A model generated the notes under the pieces. It was not told where the DNA came from. It saw only the letters and a list, made by a program, of their open reading frames with translations, and searched no databases. Source: Candidatus Eiseniibacteriota bacterium (GTDB lineage: Bacteria > Eisenbacteria > RBG-16-71-46). From it: 64,000 nt of DNA. Below, piece by piece: positions 8,767 to 18,197 of this stretch (position 1 is the stretch's first letter; the number at the start of each line of letters is the position of its first letter). The stretch spans positions 2,240,001 through 2,304,000 of the forward strand of contig OY970342.1 in NCBI GenBank assembly GCA_963717505.1. The letters are read 5' to 3'. A program made the translations under genes and the position numbers.

Positions 8767-10497
8767 ATGCCATTCGTCGCCCGTGCAATCGCGACGAGCC
8801 TCCTCGCTTCGTCCCTCGCGACACCGGTTGCGGCCGCCTGGCCGCCGCTCGGCGGCCTCGGCGTCACGGTGTGTGACACGACCGGCTTCCGAAATGGACT
8901 GGCTAGCGTCGGGGATGGTTCCGGCGGCGCCTATTTCATGTGGCTCGACTGGCGTGATGAGGCGAACCGACGGTTCTTCGCCCAACGCGTGAGTGGATCC
9001 GGCGTCGCGTTGTGGCTGGCCAACGGCATCTCGGTGGGCTCTACGATGGCGTTCATCCACCCTTCCGTTGGTGGCGGCCCCCCGGTCATCGTCAGCGACG
9101 ACCAAGGCGGCGCGCTCGTTCTTTGGAGCGACTTTCGCGCCGACACGGCCGGCAACCTCTATGCGCAGCGGCTCGCCCCCGACGGCACGCTGCTCTGGGG
9201 GCCGGACGCTGTTCCCGTGAATCTCGGGCCCCGCCACGAAGTCAGCTTCGTGGCCGAGAGCGATGGCGCGGGCGGGATGTTTGTGGTGTGGCGCGATGAC
9301 CGTGACAGCATTTTCACGACACGCGCGCAGCGGGTGGATGCGGCAGGCAGTCTGCTTTGGGGCGAGGACGGCGTCGTCGTGTGCCCCAACCATTTGTCGC
9401 AAACGAGTCAGAGGCTCGCATCGGACGGTTTGGGCGGCGCGCTGGTCGCCTGGACGGAGGTTCGGGGTGGCCAGATTCATGGGTTCGCTCAGCGATTGAA
9501 CGCAGGAGGCGAGCCGCAGTGGGCCACACTGGGCGTTCAACTCTCGACCTCGCCACACGGGACCTTCGTGAATGACATCGAAGCCGACGGTAGCGGCGGA
9601 ATGGTGGTCGCATGGCTCGACTATCGGTCGCTGAACACCTGGACACAGGCCTTTGCACAGCGGGTGACCGCAGACGGCAATGTCGCATGGGCTCCCGACG
9701 GCGTGAGCCTGAGCGGGACCACTTGGTACGTCAATGAGACGTTCGTGCTGGGTGACGGCAATGGCGGCGCGATCGTCGGGTGGCAGGACTACAGGAACAA
9801 CGGGTGGAATGCCGCTATGGCTCAACGACTCTCGCCGACGGGAGCGAAGCTGTGGACGCTGCCGGCGGTCGAAGTTGGGCAGAGTTTCGGCGGCAGCGGC
9901 GTCAACCAGGTGAGGATGCTCGCCGACGGCGCCGACGGAGCGGTGTTCGTATGGAATTCAGACGACGGCGGCGACGTTAGCGACGAATATTCCATTTACG
10001 CACAGCGGGTCGGTTCGACCGGTGCGCCGATCTGGTCGAGTGGCGGGGTGGTGCTCGCCTCCCTACACCGGCTCGCCGGCCAGTTGGTTGCGGTTCCAGA
10101 TGGCAGCGGAGGTGTGGTCGCCGGATGGCTCGACCAAGCCGGATTCGGGGGCCCGCCCAGATACGCGGCCCAACGCGTTGCGGGCAGTGGCACGTTGAGC
10201 GTGCCGCAACGTGAGGAGTCGAGTTTGACGCTGGCATGCGTGCCGACGCCCGCCCGCGCGAGCGAAGGCGTGGAATTGCGCCTTGCGCCGGTGGTGGGCT
10301 CGCGCGTTGGCGTGGGGATTTACGACCTCGGTGGACGGTTGGTGCGCTCGTTCGACGAGCCGATGGTCGGAGCCACGGGCCGGCTGCGATGGGACGGACG
10401 GGACGCTGAGGGCCGCTCGAGCCCGCCGGGCCTTTACTTTGTAACGGTGCGCTCGGGCATTGGGGTTGGCCGGGCGAGAATCGTGATCGTGGAGTAG
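8767..10497 (+). CDS. Secreted repeat protein with C-terminal FlgD-Ig/T9SS-like domain
   Basis: Signal peptide; ~8 repeats of DGxGGxxxxWxD...AQR...GxxxW; tail IYDLGGRLVR..WDGRD..GLYFV. Confidence 0.8.
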   Translation: MPFVARAIATSLLASSLATPVAAAWPPLGGLGVTVCDTTGFRNGLASVGDGSGGAYFMWLDWRDEANRRFFAQRVSGSGVALWLANGISVGSTMAFIHPSVGGGPPVIVSDDQGGALVLWSDFRADTAGNLYAQRLAPDGTLLWGPDAVPVNLGPRHEVSFVAESDGAGGMFVVWRDDRDSIFTTRAQRVDAAGSLLWGEDGVVVCPNHLSQTSQRLASDGLGGALVAWTEVRGGQIHGFAQRLNAGGEPQWATLGVQLSTSPHGTFVNDIEADGSGGMVVAWLDYRSLNTWTQAFAQRVTADGNVAWAPDGVSLSGTTWYVNETFVLGDGNGGAIVGWQDYRNNGWNAAMAQRLSPTGAKLWTLPAVEVGQSFGGSGVNQVRMLADGADGAVFVWNSDDGGDVSDEYSIYAQRVGSTGAPIWSSGGVVLASLHRLAGQLVAVPDGSGGVVAGWLDQAGFGGPPRYAAQRVAGSGTLSVPQREESSLTLACVPTPARASEGVELRLAPVVGSRVGVGIYDLGGRLVRSFDEPMVGATGRLRWDGRDAEGRSSPPGLYFVTVRSGIGVGRARIVIVE

Positions 10498-10611
10498 CCC
10501 CTAGGGCCTTCGGGCTCCGATCCGGTTTTTCCGCTTGCCCGCGGCCTGGGGTAGGCCTAGCCTTGACGGGCGTTCCGTTAGCCCCCGACCCCTAAGCCGG
10601 GATGCCACATG

Positions 10612-10743
10612 GCCGAATCCCCTCATCCCACACGGAACCTGTTCGCGACCCCATCGGGGCAGACTCGTGCTGCCCGGGCGGGGTCTCGGTTTCTTCCGGC
10701 GGCTCTGCCCCCGAAGCCGAGCCGCGCAGCACGGAGAGGGGAT
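10612..10743 (+). ncRNA. Candidate structured 5' leader upstream of the peptide gene
   Basis: Nested helices 10617-24/10736-43, 10666-73/10726-33, 10685-93/10713-21; possible pseudoknot 10656-63/10704-11. Confidence 0.4.
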
Positions 10744-10761
10744 CTCCGAAGGAGCGAGGCG

Positions 10762-11052
10762 ATGAAGAAGCATGGCCGGCCGTGGTGGCTGGCGGTCGTG
10801 GTCGCGGTGGGGATGACCGTGATGGCGGCGGGGGTGGTGCAGGCGGGGCGGATCCCACTTCCGGAACGAGGTGGCTGGAAGTTGGGTGATCCGGATGATC
10901 CTCCGTCCCAGGTTCGACGGTCTCCTGCAATGGAAGTTGTGGTTCCTGTGGAAGGACGTCCGTACGGTGGACTTCTTCTGTGGCTCTCCAGGTGGGGTGT
11001 CTTGCCCAATCCAGTCTTGAAGAGGCTTGGTGAGAATGATCGTTGGCACTAA
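10762..11052 (+). CDS. Small secreted protein (96 aa) with GDPDDP motif; candidate signalling-peptide precursor
   Basis: RBS AAGGAG; basic n-region, hydrophobic h-region, VQA cleavage site; stop overlaps the start of the TPR regulator. Confidence 0.7.
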   Translation: MKKHGRPWWLAVVVAVGMTVMAAGVVQAGRIPLPERGGWKLGDPDDPPSQVRRSPAMEVVVPVEGRPYGGLLLWLSRWGVLPNPVLKRLGENDRWH

Positions 11053-13490
11053 GGCCCAAGTCAGCGCACTTCGCGAGCTGATCAGGTCCAATCATTGGTC
11101 AGCCGACAAGAGTGCAGTCGACGGGGCAGTTTTGGCTTGCAGCGAAGGACTCTGTGACCGCGGCGAACCCGAGGTCGCAATCGAGCTCATTACTGATTGG
11201 ACCGACCGAAACCCAATCGGGCTTGGGTCGGTCCAGCTAATGTCGACTTTGGCGCGGGCTCACCTCCTTCTGGCCCAGAATGACGATGCACTCCTCATTG
11301 TGAGGAGAGTCCAGAACGACATCGGTGATGAATTGGTACACAGTTCCGCTGAATCCGCGTACTTGCGAATCTGGGAGGGAGTAGCGCTGCGGGGCCTGAG
11401 TCGCACCGACGAATCGGAGTCGGTACTAATGGCGGTGCAAAGGGAACTCATTGCGAGGCCGGACTCGCGGGCACTGGGGACCTGCGCGTATCAGCTTGCA
11501 GCAACTCTTCTAGTTGGCGGCAATCGCGTTGCTGCCAAACGGTGGCTGTTGGACGCCATAGTGTCTGCCCGTCGTTGCCGCGATCCACTACTCGAGGCGA
11601 ACGCTTTGCTCGCCCTTGCGATGATTGAGAGATTCCATTGTCGCTGGCCCAACGCCATCGAGGCGGCGACTGAAGCGGCTACTCTGGCTCGGGGAATTGA
11701 TGGTGGCTTGGCGGAATGTCATTCGGCGAGAGCGCTGGCCATCACCGCTTGGAAGCGCGGGCGCCTAGAGGAGGCAGAAAGAGCCGCGGCTGCGTATCTG
11801 TCTGCAACGCGCAGTGCTGGAGCGCAAGACATCAAGTGGGAGCAGTTCGGCGCTCTGCTGATTGGAATGATTGCACTTCATGCCGGTCGGACTTCAGAGG
11901 CTGCTCTTGTGTTTGGATCGATCGATGGGCTGCCAACCGGGGGCCTTGAGTCCCGTCCGTCCCTCCTCACCTCCGAATTCCTCGGCGACGTCCATCTCGA
12001 ACAAGGCCAAGCCGCCGAAGCCCTGCGCTACTACGACGAAGTCTTCCCCAAAGCCATGGCGTTGGTGCCCAAGGGCGACATCGTCGCCGAGCTGCGCCGC
12101 CGCCGTGCCGAGTGCTACCTGCTCCTCGGCCGCAACGAAGACGCGTACGACGAAGCCAAGACCGGCCTCGAGCACTGTCGCGAGCTGGGCGATCGCTACG
12201 AAGAGGCGGCGACCTATCGCGTGCTGGCACTGAGTGCCGCGGCAATGGGCAACGCGACCGAGGCCCACCGCTGGTTCGAGCAGGGTTTCGCCTACTACGA
12301 CGACATCGAGACGCCGTACGAGTGGGGCAAGTTGTGGCTCGCGTACGGCGATTGGCTCATCGGACCGAATGCCGGCGAGTACACGAACGCCGCTTCGGCG
12401 CACGAAGCCTGGCACGCGGCGCGCGACCACTTCGAGCGCATGGGAGCCAAGGCCAAGCTGGCCGAAGCCGAGGCTCGCATCGCCACCATCCCGGCGGCGC
12501 GCGCTGCGACGAACAGCCACCCACGCCGCCGCCCGCGGGGAACCGCCGAGATCGAGCGGCGATCAAACTGGGGGTTCGAGACTTTCGGCCTGGTCACCGA
12601 ACACCGGCCGATGCTCCATTTGCTCGAGCAGGTCGCGAAGCTCGCCAAGTCGCAACTCGCCGGTGCTGATTCTCGGCGAATCGGGAACCGGCAAGGAGCT
12701 GATCGCCCACGGCATCCACAAGCTCTCGGTGCGCGCGGGCACGTTCATGCCCATCAACTGCGCCGCCCTGCCGCGTGAGGTGATCGAGAGCGAGCTGTTC
12801 GGCTACGTCGCCGGTGCTTTCACCGGCGCAACGCGCGAGAAGGCGGGGCTCCTCGAAGTCTGCCAGGACGGCACCGTGTTTCTCGACGAGATCGGGGAGA
12901 TGCCGTTCGAGCTTCAGGCGCGCCTCCTGCGATTCCTCGAGACCGGCGAGCTGCGTCGCGTGGGTGCGACGCGCAACCTCAAGGTGCAGACGCGGGTCGT
13001 TGCAGCGACCAATCGCGATCAATTGGCGCTCGAGAAGGGCGAACACCTGCGGCGCGACCTCTACTACCGTCTCGCGCACGGAGTGGTGGCGCTCCCGCCG
13101 CTCCGGCAGCGCGGCGACGACATCGGGCTGCTGATCGCCCACTTCCTCGACGAAGCATGCGCCGAAGCGGGGCGCGAAGTTCGGCTGAGCCTCGAGGCCG
13201 AAGAGATTCTGCGCGAGCACTCGTGGCCTGGGAACGTTCGTGAGCTGAAGGGCGTGCTCCAGCGCCTCGTGATCTTTGCGGTGGATGGGCACGAGATCAC
13301 TCCCGCCGAGCTGGAGCTGGGTACGGCCACCGCTCCCTCGACGCTGCTCGAGGAACTGGCCGAAAGCGAGAAGTTGCGAATCGCTGAAGCACTCAAGCAG
13401 GCCCGGAACTCCCGGACCGACGCGGCCAAAGCACTTGGAATTCCCCGAACGACTCTGCTCAACAAGATGAAGCGTTACGGGCTGAGTTGA
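11027..13490 (+). CDS. TPR-repeat sigma-54 activator (TPR-AAA+-Fis HTH), split by a 1-nt frameshift at ~12653
   Basis: TPR-like helices in ORF 11027 up to ..QVAKLAKS, continuing in ORF 12234 as NSPVLILGESGTGKE, GAFTGA, FLDEIGE, WPGNVREL, LGIPRTTL. Confidence 0.88.
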
Positions 13491-13521
13491 GTTCGACATC
13501 CGGCCGCAGCGGGAGGGAGCC

Positions 13522-15570
13522 TTGAAGCAGTTTCTATCGGCTCTGATGGGAGCTGCTGTGTTGGTGCCGTGGCTGACCGCCACGTCGGCGGGCGCAGCGT
13601 GTCCGGGGATCGATCTTCTTGGCCAGCCCTCTTTCTACTTCGTTGGCGAGAATCCTTTTCACACGATAGTTGCTGACTTCAACGGCGACGACATTCAGGA
13701 TTTGGCAGTCACCGTAAATGGCACGAGCCACATCGGCATCCTGATCGGTCAAGGAGACGGAACTTTCGAGAACGTGGTTCTTTACTCAGTGCTGCCGGGA
13801 AGCGGCCACCTTGTGGCCAAGGATTTCAACCTCGATGGATACCTGGATATCGCCACGAACAGCGGGGCGACGAACTCCATCACCGTGCTTCCTGGCAACG
13901 GCGATGGCACATTCGCCGCTCCTTCATCTGTTCCGGTGCACGGCCAGGCGCCCTACGGAGTCACGAGTGGCGATTTCAACAACGACGGCATCCCCGATCT
14001 GGCTTCTGCCGACCTTCTCTCCGACGCGGTCTCCGTGATCCTCGGTCAGCCCGGCGGTGGATTCTCGGCGCCCTTGAGTTTCGGCGCCGGTGTCCACCCG
14101 TACGACATCCAGACCGGCGATTTCAACGAGGACGGAAATGCCGACTTGGTGGTCTCGAATCAAAACAGCCAGAATATTTCGATTCTGCGCGGGGTGGGCG
14201 ACGGCACGTTCGACAATACGCTGAACTACCCGGTGGGGATCTATCCGTACAAGATCGCGCTCGGGGACGTCAACGGCGACGGCACCTTGGACCTCGCGGT
14301 AGCCAACGGTGGCAACGCGACACTCACGATTGTCAGGGGCAACGGTAGCGGCGGTGTTGGGAACGGGACCTTCGCTCAGCCTCTCCACGTCTACGCGGGA
14401 GGCGTGCCGCGCAGCGTCAGCATCGGGTTTTTCGACGACGACCCGATCCTCGACCTCGTGGTTGCCGATTCCGATGGCACCGTAGGGATTCTGACTGGTT
14501 TCGGGAACGGCCTCTTCCTGGGTCCCTACACTTTTCGGGTTGGCGGGCACCCTACGGATGTTGCCGTCGGGGATTTCAATGGCGATTTGAAGCTTGACGT
14601 GGCAGTTGTGCGGTACCCCGAATCGATGGAAATCGCGATTCTGCTGAACCAGTGCGACAATCCGCCGCCCGGTCCCGAGCCGGTCCTGACTGAGGTGCGC
14701 GACGTTCAGAACGACCAAGGCAAACGCGTACTCCTCTTGTGGCAACGCAGCGCGCTCGATTTGCCTGGGTACTCAACGATCACCGGCTATCGCGTTTGGC
14801 GCCTCAACGGAACGACCGCCATTTGGGAGGAGCAGGCCACTGTGCCCGCGGTGCAGCTCCCAGAATATAGCTTTGAGGCTGCGACCACCCAGGACTCTTT
14901 GTCCTCGAGCAACCCCTACACGGCCTTCTTCATCTCAGCACTCACCACCGACCCCGACACGTTCTACGAATCCAACGTCGACAGTGGCTACTCAATAGAC
15001 AATCTGCCGCCGGACGCCCCAGTAGGATTGAGCGCCATCACCACGGCGGGTGGGGTAGAGCTGACGTGGACGCCGAACTCCGAAGAAGACCTGGATGGCT
15101 ATCATGTCTATCGCGGGCTGACACCCGACTTCGTGCCAGGTCCCGGGAGTCTGATCGGTCCTTCCACGATCACGACGTTCGTCGACTCAGAGGGCAATTC
15201 CTCGCACTTCTACAAAGTCACCGCAATCGACTCCCAGGGCAACGAGGGTTCAACGGCGCTCGCGGCCGCCGGTCCGTACACCGGAGTAGGCGATGCCCCA
15301 TTCTTGTTCGCCCTGCGCGGCGCGATGCCCAACCCTTCGCGTGACGGCAGGTTCTCGGTCTCGTTCAGCCTGGCGAATTCGTCTCCGGCAAAGATCGAGT
15401 TGATCGATGCCGCGGGACGGCGAGTTCTCGAGAAAGCCCTTCACGGACTCGGCGCCGGGACGCACACGATCGACCTGGGGCGGCAGCGGTCGCTCCCCGA
15501 GGGGCTCTACGTCTTGCGTCTGTCGCAGGCAGGAAGTGCGGCTTCGTCGAAGGTCGTGGTCCTGAAGTAG
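13522..15570 (+). CDS. Secreted FG-GAP/VCBS repeat protein with FN3 and T9SS-like C-terminal domain
   Basis: Signal peptide; repeated GDFNxDGxxDL; [19 protein letters not shown]; [20 protein letters not shown]. Confidence 0.88.
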   Translation: MKQFLSALMGAAVLVPWLTATSAGAACPGIDLLGQPSFYFVGENPFHTIVADFNGDDIQDLAVTVNGTSHIGILIGQGDGTFENVVLYSVLPGSGHLVAKDFNLDGYLDIATNSGATNSITVLPGNGDGTFAAPSSVPVHGQAPYGVTSGDFNNDGIPDLASADLLSDAVSVILGQPGGGFSAPLSFGAGVHPYDIQTGDFNEDGNADLVVSNQNSQNISILRGVGDGTFDNTLNYPVGIYPYKIALGDVNGDGTLDLAVANGGNATLTIVRGNGSGGVGNGTFAQPLHVYAGGVPRSVSIGFFDDDPILDLVVADSDGTVGILTGFGNGLFLGPYTFRVGGHPTDVAVGDFNGDLKLDVAVVRYPESMEIAILLNQCDNPPPGPEPVLTEVRDVQNDQGKRVLLLWQRSALDLPGYSTITGYRVWRLNGTTAIWEEQATVPAVQLPEYSFEAATTQDSLSSSNPYTAFFISALTTDPDTFYESNVDSGYSIDNLPPDAPVGLSAITTAGGVELTWTPNSEEDLDGYHVYRGLTPDFVPGPGSLIGPSTITTFVDSEGNSSHFYKVTAIDSQGNEGSTALAAAGPYTGVGDAPFLFALRGAMPNPSRDGRFSVSFSLANSSPAKIELIDAAGRRVLEKALHGLGAGTHTIDLGRQRSLPEGLYVLRLSQAGSAASSKVVVLK

Positions 15571-15595
15571 GCGGGCGACCGCTCCAGACGCCCTC

Positions 15596-15623
15596 TTGAC
15601 GCCAGTGCACATCCGTGTATCAT
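15596..15623 (+). promoter_or_regulatory. recA sigma-70 promoter with overlapping putative LexA box
   Basis: TTGACG-16 nt-TATCAT; imperfect palindrome TGCAC-ATCC-GTGTA at 15606-15619. Confidence 0.65.
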
Positions 15624-15691
15624 GGCGCCACCCGAAGGAACGGGACCCCGTCCCGGCACATGACGAAGCCCCTGCGAAGGAGACGCAGACC

Positions 15692-16831
<1,140 letters not shown>

Positions 16832-16890
16832 ACCAAATGCTTCATTGCCCCCTGAGAATGGACCTAGGCCAGAGCCAAGGGAGGGTCCCA

Positions 16891-17475
16891 GTGGGTGATC
16901 TGAGTCGAGAAGCCGTTGAAGTGGCGGTTACGCTTCTCCCCGGATTCCTTTCCGTCAAGGTGAAGGACTTCTTCCGTCCACCAAGGGAGCTGCCGACTTC
17001 TGACATGTTTCTCGAAGTTGTTGCGTTCTCGGTCGCGAACTATGTGATCGCCTCGATCGTGCTTTCCCTCTTCAACTCCAGGGTGGGGGTGTTCCCCGAA
17101 TCGCTCGTGAACCTCGGTTTGTCGTCCCTGGTTCTAGGTATGGCGAGCGGGATTGTCGTGGGGAATGACCTCCATTACCGTTGGGCGAGGTGGTTCAAGC
17201 TGACAACGAGGACGGGGAGAGACGATGTCTGGCAGGATGCCTTGGGAGACATCAGCGGCAACTGGATGCTCATTCATCTCGCAGATAGTCGGCGTGTCAT
17301 GGGGTGGGCTCGGTACTATTCAGACAATGGCAAGTCGTCTTCTGTGTTCTTGAAGGACGCGTCGTGGGTTGAAGACGACGACAGTATGATTCCAATTGAA
17401 GGTGAGGGTGTCCTGGTCACGGAGGCATCCCAAATCCGATACGTAGAGTTTCTGGGTCAAGGAGTCGACGAATGA
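16891..17475 (+). CDS. DUF6338-like membrane protein
   Basis: N-terminal LLPGF, ~3 TM segments, VW..WMLIHLAD..GW..YYS..VFL..GVLV..IRYVEF tail; atypical codon use. Confidence 0.7.
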   Translation: MGDLSREAVEVAVTLLPGFLSVKVKDFFRPPRELPTSDMFLEVVAFSVANYVIASIVLSLFNSRVGVFPESLVNLGLSSLVLGMASGIVVGNDLHYRWARWFKLTTRTGRDDVWQDALGDISGNWMLIHLADSRRVMGWARYYSDNGKSSSVFLKDASWVEDDDSMIPIEGEGVLVTEASQIRYVEFLGQGVDE

Positions 17476-17636
17476 AGAACCAGCGCGAAGACCAACACAA
17501 CGCAGTCAAGGGCACGACGCGTACTCCAGCCAAGGTCAACCGGGGGGGGCTTGGCATACCTCCCAAAGGCAAGTTACCGCCGCGACCAACTCCAAAGCCT
17601 GGGCGTGGAAACCATCAGGCAGAGAGCACCGGTTAA
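17472..17636 (+). CDS. Small Pro/Lys/Arg-rich peptide (54 aa)
   Basis: ATGA overlap with the upstream stop, GGAG RBS; MKNQREDQHNAVKGTTRTPAKVNRGGLGIPPKGKLPPRPTPKPGRGNHQAESTG. Confidence 0.5.
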   Translation: MKNQREDQHNAVKGTTRTPAKVNRGGLGIPPKGKLPPRPTPKPGRGNHQAESTG

Positions 17637-17674
17637 GGGCTCCTGACTGCTGAAGCGCCGCCCGTGCAGATGAA

Positions 17675-18154
17675 ATGAGCAATTCCTCTCCCGATCCGTG
17701 TCGTGAAGCGGCGCTCAAGCTGCTCGAACGCACCCGCCGCACGCGTGGCGAGCTGGTCCGCAAGCTGCGCGAGAAGGGCTTTGCGGCGCCCGCGATCAAC
17801 GAGGTGCTCGATCGCCTCGCGGGCGTCGGGCTGGTCGACGACGCCGAGTACGCCCGGGCGTGGCTGCGCGGACGTTGGGGGCGCCGTGCCGCTGGCTGGC
17901 GCAAGCTCGAGATGGGTCTGCGGGGGCGGGGCATTCACCCTGAGGACATCGCGCGTGGCCGCGCCCTGCTCGAGGCCGAGATGGGCCCGGCTGACGAGGT
18001 CACGGCTGCGCGCCGAGTGCTCGGTCAGGTCGAGCGCCGCTACGCCAAGCTCGATCCCCGGGTTCGTCAGCAAAGGCTCTACGCGCTGCTCGCCCGGCGC
18101 GGCTTCGACGGCGACGTGATCCGTGCGGCTCTAAAAGAAGGGGCGCCGGAGTAG
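17675..18154 (+). CDS. recX: Regulatory protein RecX
   Basis: ALKLL..RTRGEL..KL..KGF, GLVDDAEYA, LARRGF. Confidence 0.93.
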   Translation: MSNSSPDPCREAALKLLERTRRTRGELVRKLREKGFAAPAINEVLDRLAGVGLVDDAEYARAWLRGRWGRRAAGWRKLEMGLRGRGIHPEDIARGRALLEAEMGPADEVTAARRVLGQVERRYAKLDPRVRQQRLYALLARRGFDGDVIRAALKEGAPE

Positions 18155-18197
18155 CGCTTCCCCGGGGCACCGGGACCCATTATCTTTGCCGGCCGTC

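Noticed and set aside
8850-14640. Repeats in the secreted proteins considered as CRISPR, DGR or tandem DNA repeats
   Set aside because: Repeats exist only at the protein level and are degenerate in DNA; no spacers, cas genes or reverse transcriptase
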